The notes beneath the pieces are model-generated. The model made no database searches and was not told the origin of the DNA. It was given only the letters and a program-made list of their open reading frames with translations. 64,000 bases of DNA from positions 22,028-86,027 of the forward strand of contig JBJMGI010000092.1 of assembly GCA_045807945.1 (NCBI GenBank), given 5' to 3'. Positions 27,629 through 35,221 of the stretch are shown here, piece after piece. Origin of the DNA: Terriglobales bacterium. Lineage in GTDB: Bacteria > Acidobacteriota > Terriglobia > Terriglobales > Acidobacteriaceae. Every line of letters begins with the position of its first letter. Within the stretch, counting starts at the first letter, position 1. Both the position numbers and the translations under genes were made by a program.

Positions 27629-28990
27629 ATGCCTACGCGGTCTACGAATTCACGTAGTGAGATGCAGAAAAATAAGCCCTCTCGGATCGAGCCCGCGAAA
27701 GGCAAGCTTGGCGTCATGTTGCCGGGCATGGGCGCCGTCGCGACTACGTTCGTAGCCGGGGTGGAAGCCGTCCGGAAAGGGCTGGCGAAACCTATCGGCT
27801 CGCTAACGCAAATGGGTACCATCCGCCTGGGCCAGCGGACCGATAAAGAATCGCCGCTCATCAAGAAATTCGTCCCGCTCGCTGACTTGAAAGACCTCGT
27901 CTTCACTGGCTGGGACATCTTCGAAGACGATATGTACACCGCAGCCACAAAGGCGGGCGTCCTCGATCGCTATTTGCTCGAGCAGATCAAGCCCTTTCTC
28001 AGCGGGATCAAACCCCGCAAGGCCGTTTTTGACCAAAAGTACGTCAAGCTGCTCAGCGGTAAGAACGTGAAAAAAGGGAAGAACAAGATGGAACTGGCGG
28101 AGCAGCTTCGCCAGGACATCCGTGATTTCAAGAAGACCTCGGGCGCGAGCCGGCTTGTCATGCTCTGGTGCGGCTCCACGGAAATTTTCCTGCAGCCTAC
28201 GCGCGTGCACTCCTCGATCGCTGCATTCGAAAAAGGCTTGGTTGCAAACGACGAGAACATCGCGCCCTCGATGATCTACGCCTACGCCGCGCTTTCCGAA
28301 GGCGTGCCCTTCGGAAACGGTGCACCGAACCTCACCGTGGACATTCCGGTAATGCACCAGCTCTCGATAAAGAACAATGCGCCGATCTGCGGCAAGGATT
28401 TCAAAACTGGCCAAACCCTCATGAAAACCGTGCTCGCGCCGATGTTCAAAGCGCGCATGCTGGGACTCAGCGGTTGGTATTCAACGAACATCCTGGGCAA
28501 TCGCGACGGCGAAGTGCTGGATGACCCCGAGTCCTTCAAGACGAAAGAAGAATCGAAGCTCGGCGTCTTGGAACATATTCTTCAGCCGAAGCTTTATCCC
28601 GATCTGTACAAGAACATCTTCCACAAGGTGCGCATCAATTACTACCCGCCGCGTGGGGACAACAAAGAGGGCTGGGACAACATCGACATCTTCGGCTGGC
28701 TCGGTTACCCGATGCAGCTCAAGGTAGATTTCCTTTGCCGCGACTCCATCTTGGCGGCGCCTATCGTGCTCGATCTGATCTTGTTCCTCGACCTGGCGCA
28801 ACGCAGCGAAGAGCTGCGCGGCATTGGCATACAGGAGTGGCTCAGTTTTTATCTGAAATCCCCGATGACGAAGCCGGGCTTGTATCCCGAGCACGATCTG
28901 TTCATCCAGTCCATGAAGCTGAAGAACACGCTGCGTCACCTCAAAGGCGAGCAGCTCATCACTCACCTCGGTCTCGAGTATTACGACTGA
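27629..28990 (+). CDS. ino1: myo-Inositol-1-phosphate (inositol-3-phosphate) synthase
   Basis: GVMLPGMGAVATTFVAG Rossmann start, WCGSTE, NGAPN, GKDFKTGQT and SGWYSTNILGNRDG are typical of bacterial/archaeal MIPS. An alternative start is at 27662. Confidence 0.85.
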   Translation: MPTRSTNSRSEMQKNKPSRIEPAKGKLGVMLPGMGAVATTFVAGVEAVRKGLAKPIGSLTQMGTIRLGQRTDKESPLIKKFVPLADLKDLVFTGWDIFEDDMYTAATKAGVLDRYLLEQIKPFLSGIKPRKAVFDQKYVKLLSGKNVKKGKNKMELAEQLRQDIRDFKKTSGASRLVMLWCGSTEIFLQPTRVHSSIAAFEKGLVANDENIAPSMIYAYAALSEGVPFGNGAPNLTVDIPVMHQLSIKNNAPICGKDFKTGQTLMKTVLAPMFKARMLGLSGWYSTNILGNRDGEVLDDPESFKTKEESKLGVLEHILQPKLYPDLYKNIFHKVRINYYPPRGDNKEGWDNIDIFGWLGYPMQLKVDFLCRDSILAAPIVLDLILFLDLAQRSEELRGIGIQEWLSFYLKSPMTKPGLYPEHDLFIQSMKLKNTLRHLKGEQLITHLGLEYYD

Positions 28991-29010
28991 TTCGAACTCC
29001 CCTCGCGAAA

Positions 29011-29035
29011 GGGCCGCTCTTGAGCGGCCTTTTCC
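29011..29035 (+). terminator. Intrinsic terminator after ino1
   Basis: GGCCGCT-cttg-AGCGGCC hairpin followed by TTTTCCGTTTCC. Confidence 0.5.
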
Positions 29036-29081
29036 GTTTCCTGGCACACCCTTATTTCGATTGCACAACATCTAAGCGCGA

Positions 29082-29435
29082 ATGGCACGTCTTCGGCCAC
29101 TGGCGCTTGTTTTCATGCTCTCCGTCTTCAGTGCGGCCGCCTTCGCTACCATCGGCAGCTTCCGCGGCAAGATCGTGACTGCGCCAGTCGGACAAGCTCG
29201 TGAAGGCTGGGTCTTCGTCCAAGGTCCTAACGGCAGCCTTCGGCTCGTGGACGTCCGCAAAGCTCAGTTCGCCTTCGACGAGGACTTCCACGCTCCCGCA
29301 GACCTTAGTCCCTCTGCCAAGCTTCTATTGCAAGGCGCCGAGGTGAGAGTAGTGGGCGAGCAGCAGCAGGGAGAGTGGCGCGCCATGCGCGTTGAGATCA
29401 TTCGCCTCGCCGCCTCTACCCGTGGCACCACCTAA
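29082..29435 (+). CDS. Hypothetical secreted protein (117 aa)
   Basis: Signal peptide MARLRPLALVFMLSVFSAAAFA. No family motif recognised. Confidence 0.5.
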   Translation: MARLRPLALVFMLSVFSAAAFATIGSFRGKIVTAPVGQAREGWVFVQGPNGSLRLVDVRKAQFAFDEDFHAPADLSPSAKLLLQGAEVRVVGEQQQGEWRAMRVEIIRLAASTRGTT

Positions 29436-29571
29436 ATGGTTCCAGCACAGAAAGAAAGCAGCCGGACGGCCTGTTTTTGCGTCTAATTCTGAAGGTACGA
29501 CCCCCTTGAAAAAAGCCTATAATGGCGGAACTACTCCCAAAGCAAGTGGGTGTCGGGCACTGGAGTCTCCC

Positions 29572-30921
29572 ATGAGATCGCACCGTTCATTTCTTGCACT
29601 GTTCCTGATCACAGGACTTGCACTTTCCCCATTCGCCCTCGCGCAGAGCCCAAACACGTCGCCCGCGCCGGCCGCTACGACCACTACGACTACGACGACC
29701 ACGACCCAGGCGCCTGCTGCGAATCCCGCGGACGCTGAGCAGCAGCCGTTGAGTCTCGATGATCTGCTTGCCATCCTGAAAGATAAAAAGCAGTCGCGCA
29801 ATGCCGCTTCCATCGTGACCGCGCACGGCACCAATTTTGATTTGTCGAAAGACAACGTCGAGAAGATCCGGAAAGCCGGCGGCGACGAGCAACTGATTTC
29901 CACCATCGCGCTGCAGAGTGGGCAAGATGATCCCACAAAGCCCGACATGAAGGCCGATAGTCAGATAAAGCACGATGGATCCGAGAAAGACGTGGACGCC
30001 ATCGGAAATCGCGATGTGGGCAAGCGCGGCTTCGGTAATTGGTATTCGATCGAGAAGGAAATGGCGATGGGCAAGGCATACGCCCAGCAGGTCGAGTCCA
30101 CCGTCAAGCTGGTTCAGGACCCTGTCGTCAACGAGTACGTGAACCGGATCGGGCAGAATCTGGTGCGCAATTCCGACGCGAAGGTCCCGTTCACGATCAA
30201 GGTCGTTGACTCCGATGAGATTAACGCCTTCGCTCTTCCCGGCGGCTACTTCTACGTGAACTCCGGTCTCATTCTCGCCGCCGATGATGAATCGGAACTT
30301 GCGGGCGTTATGGCCCACGAGATCGCTCACGTGGCCGCTCGCCATGCCATGCGTCAGCAGACACGCGGCAACCTGGCGCAGATCGCGACTATCCCCCTGA
30401 TCTTTGTGGGTGGCGGAATCGGTTACGCTGCCCGCCAGGCGGTCAGCCTTGCACTTCCGCTGACGTTTATGAAGTTTTCGCGCGGATTCGAGGCCGAGGC
30501 CGATTATCTTGGAGTGCAGTACATGTATAAGACCGGCTACGATCCGAACTCGTTCGTCTCGTTCTTTGAAAAAGTGCAAGCCACTGAGAAGAAGAAACCG
30601 GGCTCGCTAGCTAAAGCCTTCGCCAGCCATCCGCAGACTCCTGATCGCATTTCCGAGACGCAAAAGGAGATTTCCACGATTCTCCCTGCACGCGAGCAGT
30701 ACATCGTCACCACGTCGGAGTTCGATGACGTGAAGTCGCGTCTGGCGTCCATCGAGAACCGCCGCAAGATCAACGATAACGATAAGGACAAGCCTAGCCT
30801 GCGTCGCGCTTCCAACGGCGGGAATGGCGGGGACAAGCCCGATACTAACCAGCGCACCGACAAGGACAAAGACAAGAATGGGGACGACGTTCCTCCCGTC
30901 CTTCATCGCCGCGACGATTGA
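29572..30921 (+). CDS. M48-family zinc metallopeptidase, secreted/periplasmic, with poly-Thr linker
   Basis: Start chosen at MRSHRSFLALFLITGLALSPFALA (GGAG 6 nt upstream). HEIAHVAARH (HExxH) plus a downstream E..ADYLG. A run of nine Thr follows the signal peptide. Low-complexity D/K/N-rich tail. Confidence 0.8.
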   Translation: MRSHRSFLALFLITGLALSPFALAQSPNTSPAPAATTTTTTTTTTQAPAANPADAEQQPLSLDDLLAILKDKKQSRNAASIVTAHGTNFDLSKDNVEKIRKAGGDEQLISTIALQSGQDDPTKPDMKADSQIKHDGSEKDVDAIGNRDVGKRGFGNWYSIEKEMAMGKAYAQQVESTVKLVQDPVVNEYVNRIGQNLVRNSDAKVPFTIKVVDSDEINAFALPGGYFYVNSGLILAADDESELAGVMAHEIAHVAARHAMRQQTRGNLAQIATIPLIFVGGGIGYAARQAVSLALPLTFMKFSRGFEAEADYLGVQYMYKTGYDPNSFVSFFEKVQATEKKKPGSLAKAFASHPQTPDRISETQKEISTILPAREQYIVTTSEFDDVKSRLASIENRRKINDNDKDKPSLRRASNGGNGGDKPDTNQRTDKDKDKNGDDVPPVLHRRDD

Positions 30922-30944
30922 TCCAAGTTGCAATAAAGCAAAAA

Positions 30945-30974
30945 CGGCAGCCAATGGCTGCCGTTTTTATTTTC
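30945..30974. terminator. Bidirectional intrinsic terminator
   Basis: CGGCAGCC-aat-GGCTGCCG flanked by AAAAA upstream and TTTTTATTTT downstream. Sits between convergent genes. Confidence 0.6.
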
Positions 30975-30986
30975 CTCTGAAAGGGA

Positions 30987-31202
30987 TTATCGGTGCTGCA
31001 TGTTGTCGTGGATCTTGCGCATCGCAAGCTCGCTGCTATCGCCAGATAGCAGCCGTATCAGCGCTCGCTGCGAGTCGATCACGCGGCCTTGCTCGAAGTT
31101 CACTGCCGAAACGAATATGAAGGCGATACCGATGATGATCGTCAACCGGCTCTGGCGCCAGTGAAGGGAAAGCTTGGCAAGATCGATTCTTGGTTTCTGC
31201 AC
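30987..31202 (-). CDS. Hypothetical small membrane protein (71 aa)
   Basis: One hydrophobic helix (LTIIIGIAFIFVSAV). Lies 36 nt downstream of the GGDEF gene on the same strand. Confidence 0.35.
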   Translation of the reverse strand: MQKPRIDLAKLSLHWRQSRLTIIIGIAFIFVSAVNFEQGRVIDSQRALIRLLSGDSSELAMRKIHDNMQHR

Positions 31203-31238
31203 AATGGTGAGAATAGCAGAGCGCGACAGCAGTTGTAT

Positions 31239-32729
31239 CTAAGAAGCGCCAGCAGACGACGATTCGCTTTTCGATTCTCCCAGTCGCGACAGCAGGGTGC
31301 GCGCCAACTCCATTTCGTTGTCGCAATCTTCGGGAAAGTTTGCCCGCCCCGTTCGCACCCGCACCACCAGCCGTCCTCCAACTTTTGCCGCCGGATTCGC
31401 CTCGATCTGGGCACATAGCTTCCTCACCACGTTAAGGGCTTGCTCCGACCCTGTTTCCGGCAGGATCATCGCGAACTGATCGCCGCCATAGCGGCAGATC
31501 ACGTCCACCCCACGGAGCTGCTGCTTCATGATCATGGCTACGTTGCGCAGCAGCATATCTCCTGCATCGAAGCCAGCAGCGGAGTTGATCTCGCGCAACC
31601 CACCCAGGTCCACCAACACGACTGAAAAGGTGCCGCGATAGCGTCGCGCGCGCCCTGTCTCGAGCCCTAGCGCAATGTGGAAATACCGCTGGTTGTAAAC
31701 CCCGGTCAGCGAATCAGTGTTGCTTACGCGGCGCAACTCGTCCGCAAGCTGCACATTTCGGATAGCAGTCGCGCAAACGTCGGTGGCGGCCTGTGCGATG
31801 GACCGGTCATCCACAGTAAAGAAATTCGCCTCCGGATGAATGACCAGAAGGGCGCCCAAAGTTTCGGCAAAGGAGATCAGTGGGACGCATAGCTCCGAGC
31901 CGGAACCGGGAAGAGCGTGCGCCCAATCGGAACGCGAATTTACATCGTTCACCAGGACGTTCATACGAGCTTCAAACGCCTGTGCCAGGATTCCTTTAGA
32001 AGCGATGGCGGAGTAGTCTCCCGGCCAATCGTTGCGAGTGCCGGAGTGTGAACGTAATTCCAGCGGTCCGTCAGGGCCGCGCAGAAGTATTCCGACCTCG
32101 GACCCTTCAAATGTGTCGCTCAGCAGGTCGGCTAGGGTGCTCAGCAGTTGGTCTAGGTCGCTCGATGCGGTAGTGGCGCGGGCGATCAGGTGGATGATCT
32201 CGATCTGGCGCATGCGCCGGCGCTCGGTGGAGTGCAGCCGGGTGTTCTCAAGCGCGACCGCCGCCTGGCTGGCAAACAGCGCCAGTAGTCCGATCATGTC
32301 ATCACGGAAGTAGTCCGGTTTTGTGCTCTCGATGTCCAGGACGCCGATGACCGTGTCTCGCACGATCAGGGGAAGTGCCAATTCGCTGCGAATCCCCTCG
32401 GCGGCTTTTAGGTAACGGGGTTCGCGGGTTACATCGGGAACATAAAGTGGAGCTTTATGTTCTGCCGCCCAGCCGGTAACACCTTGTTCGCCGATCTTCA
32501 CCCGCCGGCTAGCGGTGGTGTCCTGATCGTAGCCATTCTGCGCGCGAACGTAGAGCTCATTCGAAGAGGCATCCACAAGCATCACCGCACAATTTGAGAT
32601 CCCAAAGTAGTTTCTAACGATCAGCAGGATGTGGTGCAGAACGGTGTCCAGGTCCACGCTGGAAAGGATCATCTCCGTTGCTTCTTGCAACACGGCGACG
32701 TCGCGGATGCTGGACTGGATCTCTCGCAA
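31239..32729 (-). CDS. GAF-GAF-GGDEF protein (diguanylate-cyclase-like; active-site motif GGDQF, I-site RGVD present)
   Basis: Two GAF-like regions, then DSLTGVYNQRYF ... RGVDVICRYGGDQFAMIL. The motif codons at 31473..31487 read GGC GGC GAT CAG TTC on the minus strand. Confidence 0.85.
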   Translation of the reverse strand: MREIQSSIRDVAVLQEATEMILSSVDLDTVLHHILLIVRNYFGISNCAVMLVDASSNELYVRAQNGYDQDTTASRRVKIGEQGVTGWAAEHKAPLYVPDVTREPRYLKAAEGIRSELALPLIVRDTVIGVLDIESTKPDYFRDDMIGLLALFASQAAVALENTRLHSTERRRMRQIEIIHLIARATTASSDLDQLLSTLADLLSDTFEGSEVGILLRGPDGPLELRSHSGTRNDWPGDYSAIASKGILAQAFEARMNVLVNDVNSRSDWAHALPGSGSELCVPLISFAETLGALLVIHPEANFFTVDDRSIAQAATDVCATAIRNVQLADELRRVSNTDSLTGVYNQRYFHIALGLETGRARRYRGTFSVVLVDLGGLREINSAAGFDAGDMLLRNVAMIMKQQLRGVDVICRYGGDQFAMILPETGSEQALNVVRKLCAQIEANPAAKVGGRLVVRVRTGRANFPEDCDNEMELARTLLSRLGESKSESSSAGAS

Positions 32730-32848
32730 AGGAAGGCCTCAGGGGGAACTTGGATTATACGATTTTTTGCCGCTCGTACTATTAGGGGAATCAAGGGTTG
32801 CAACTGATGGTATGCTGAGCAGCAATTTCAGCAGACAAGAAGGAAAGC

Positions 32849-33316
32849 ATGGGGCAGCCCGGCGGGAACATTGTTCTCGAGGTGAGCGCGTACATGACGC
32901 GCAACGTGACTACCTTGCGTAATGACAGCCACCTGCTCGATGCAGCCCTGCTGATCCGACGCACCGGCAAGCGTCATGTGCCCATCCTGGATGAGAACGG
33001 CAAATTGGTTGGGATCATCAGTGATCGCGACGTCTCGCGGCTTTCGCCTTCGATGCTCGCGAATATGACCCCAGACGATTACAACCGGGTATTTGAGGCG
33101 ACTCCCATAACCGCGGCCATGACCAAAAATCCAATCACCATTGCCCCGGATGCTCCGGTGCGCGATGCGGTGAATATGCTCTATAGCAAGCGCGTGAGCG
33201 CGCTCCCCGTGGTGGATGGCGACCAGTTGGTCGGCATCGTCACCATCTCAGACATGTTGGGACTGCTGAATCAACTGCTAGCAGACGGAGAATCGGCTTC
33301 GGGCGCAACGCCCTAA
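32849..33316 (+). CDS. CBS-domain pair protein
   Basis: Two CBS repeats (MTRNVTTL...HVPILDENGKLVGIISDRDV and MTKNPITI...ALPVVDGDQLVGIVTISDM). Confidence 0.8.
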   Translation: MGQPGGNIVLEVSAYMTRNVTTLRNDSHLLDAALLIRRTGKRHVPILDENGKLVGIISDRDVSRLSPSMLANMTPDDYNRVFEATPITAAMTKNPITIAPDAPVRDAVNMLYSKRVSALPVVDGDQLVGIVTISDMLGLLNQLLADGESASGATP

Positions 33317-33323
33317 TCCGCCT

Positions 33324-33560
33324 TTACGCTGCGCGCTGGTGCAGCGGCTCTTGCAGAGCGTTGTCGTTCGCTTCTTCGCGGCCCACGACCTTCATCGTCT
33401 TCCAGTCGTAAGCGAACTCGCGGCCGCAATCCAGACAAACCACGTATGTGCCGGTGATGCGGGAAGCTTCGGAACGCTTGTTTCTGCTCGTAATGGGGAA
33501 ACTGTAATTCTTGTGCCAGCACCCAAAAAACAGGTCTACCAGACTCGTCATCATTACCAC
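33324..33560 (-). CDS. Hypothetical small Cys-containing (zinc-ribbon-like) protein
   Basis: 78 aa with CWH...CLDCG. Lies 126 nt downstream of the anti-sigma gene on the same strand. Confidence 0.4.
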   Translation of the reverse strand: MVMMTSLVDLFFGCWHKNYSFPITSRNKRSEASRITGTYVVCLDCGREFAYDWKTMKVVGREEANDNALQEPLHQRAA

Positions 33561-33686
33561 ACCCCTCAGGAAGGGCCCAATTGCTGAATGGTTCTGCCCG
33601 GAGCTTTTCGGCTCCAGGTACTTAGATTCAGGAACATGCCTTTGGGTTTCAACCTTAGGGGATTGAATTGGTGCGGAAATGGTGCG

Positions 33687-33935
33687 TCAGACCCCGGACT
33701 TTTTGGCGTCCTTGCACTTGGACATAATGGCGGCGCGAAGCTTATCGCGCAATGGCTCGGGCAGGTCGTAGACTTCCTGATTGCGGTGGATCTCGATCGT
33801 GGTCTCAGTTGTCTTGAGAACGACAAAGCAGTTGTGGCACCAATGCAGGTGCTCTTCCAATTCGGCGCGGTCCTTCTGGCTAATGGCGCCGTCCAGGTAG
33901 TCGGTCAACTCGTTGAGAAATTCTTTGCAGGTCAC
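33687..33935 (-). CDS. Anti-sigma factor, zf-HC2 type (cytoplasmic, 82 aa)
   Basis: LEEHLHWCHNCF is the H-x3-C-x2-C zinc motif. Starts 2 nt after the ECF sigma gene stop. Confidence 0.7.
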   Translation of the reverse strand: MTCKEFLNELTDYLDGAISQKDRAELEEHLHWCHNCFVVLKTTETTIEIHRNQEVYDLPEPLRDKLRAAIMSKCKDAKKSGV

Positions 33936-33937
33936 GG

Positions 33938-34585
33938 CTACGCGACGCCGTCCTTTTTCTTTTTGAAGTAGCGGTTCAAGCGTTCCCGTAGTTGCAAGCG
34001 CGCGCGCAACAGTCGCGATTTCACCGCCGGAACGCTCAGCTGGAGCGCCTCGGCCGTCTCTTCGGTTGAGAGCCCTTCCACGTCGCGCAGCACGAAAACC
34101 GTGCGGAAGCTCGCGGGCAGGCCCTGAATGTTCCGGCTGAGGATATCTTTCAGCTCAGCCTGGTTGTACATCTGCTCCGGGTTCGGGCTCCAGTCCGCGA
34201 TCTCGCGGGGTATGGAGTCGTCGTCGGTCTCGATGTCTTCGTCTATCGAGACAGTTCGCCCGGTGCCGGTACGCCGCTTGCGCAGACGCATCAGCGCCTC
34301 GTTCACGGCGATTCGGACCAGCCAAGTATAAAACTTCGACTGTTCCTGGAAGCGCTCGAGGTTCTGGTAAGCCTTCAGGAAGGCGTCCTGCACCACGTCT
34401 TCCGCGTCTTCGCGGTTCTGCGTGATGTGGTTCGCGATCCGAAAGACGTTCCGGTCGTAGCGCCGGACCAGCTCTTCAAACGCGCTGACGTCGCCTCCCT
34501 TAGCGGCCCTTACAAGGGCCAGCTCTTCGGCGGAGGCGTAATCAGCTCCTGCGGATTGGATGGGCGGTGTCACAGGGGGATTCAC
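33938..34585 (-). CDS. ECF (group IV sigma-70) RNA polymerase sigma factor
   Basis: Region 2 (AEDVVQDAFLKAYQNLERF...FYTWLVRIAVNEAL) and region 4 (SFRTVFVLRDVEGLSTEETAEALQLSVPAVKSRLLRAR). Confidence 0.85.
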   Translation of the reverse strand: MNPPVTPPIQSAGADYASAEELALVRAAKGGDVSAFEELVRRYDRNVFRIANHITQNREDAEDVVQDAFLKAYQNLERFQEQSKFYTWLVRIAVNEALMRLRKRRTGTGRTVSIDEDIETDDDSIPREIADWSPNPEQMYNQAELKDILSRNIQGLPASFRTVFVLRDVEGLSTEETAEALQLSVPAVKSRLLRARLQLRERLNRYFKKKKDGVA

Positions 34586-34745
34586 AAAAATTGCCCTAAT
34601 TCCAGGGGTACAGCTTCCCGGCTCGTCCGTAGGCGAAACCGGAACCTTTGACTTTAAAGCAAAGCGCTCGATTCTTCAAACCGTATAACCCGCCGAGCGT
34701 CTAAATATTCCCTCAGGAACGCTCATTTAGACTGGACTCACACTC

Positions 34746-35084
34746 ATGAAAAGCCTTTTTTTCACACTGTGCCTAGCGGCTGCACTCGCCGGCTGCGCGA
34801 AGAAGCCGCTCTCGGAGCGGATAAACATCACTATGAAGAAGTACGAGTTCAGTCCGCCTGAGGTTCACGTCAAGCGGGGACAAAGAGTGCTGTTCGTGAT
34901 CAATTCGCTCGACACCCAGCACGGCTTCCACGTGGAAGAGTTCGGTATCAACGAGCCCGTCAAAAAAGGGCAGACGGCAGAGGTCGAATTCGAGTCCGAT
35001 AAACCGGGCACATTCCCGATGAATTGCAGCATCATCTGCGGCTCGCGGCACGACGACATGGAAGGCAAAATCATTGTCGAGTAG
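34746..35084 (+). CDS. Cupredoxin-domain lipoprotein with CuA-type ligand motif
   Basis: Lipobox LAAALAGC. HGFHVEEF ... CSIICGSRHDDM, i.e. H...C-x3-C-x3-H-x2-M as in cytochrome oxidase subunit II / NosZ CuA sites. No TM helices or other oxidase subunits nearby. Confidence 0.7.
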   Translation: MKSLFFTLCLAAALAGCAKKPLSERINITMKKYEFSPPEVHVKRGQRVLFVINSLDTQHGFHVEEFGINEPVKKGQTAEVEFESDKPGTFPMNCSIICGSRHDDMEGKIIVE

Positions 35085-35131
35085 CCCGCCGAGGGCTTCT
35101 AAGGGCATCCACTGAAGCAACTGCGATTCGA

Positions 35132-35159
35132 TTGACACTCGGTAGAAAGGCCATATAAT
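35132..35159 (+). promoter_or_regulatory. Consensus sigma-70 promoter (TTGACA-N16-TATAAT)
   Basis: TTGACA at 35132..35137 and TATAAT at 35154..35159, a perfect match to both hexamers. About 55-nt leader to the ATG at 35222. Confidence 0.5.
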
Positions 35160-35221
35160 CAGCGTCGGAATCCTCCTTACAGCCAGAAGCCCCCGGTTTT
35201 GGCACGGATCCTCCAACAATC

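Noticed and set aside
29042-29066. TGGCAC and TTGCAC both present upstream of the secreted-protein gene at 29082.
   Set aside because: The GG-to-GC distance is 19 nt instead of 11. This is incompatible with sigma-54 binding.
35200-35216. A perfect -24 element, TGGCACG, 22 nt upstream of the repeat-protein ATG.
   Set aside because: The -12 position reads CTCC instead of TTGC/GC, so the obligatory GC dinucleotide is missing. A perfect sigma-70 promoter lies 45 nt further upstream and explains expression.
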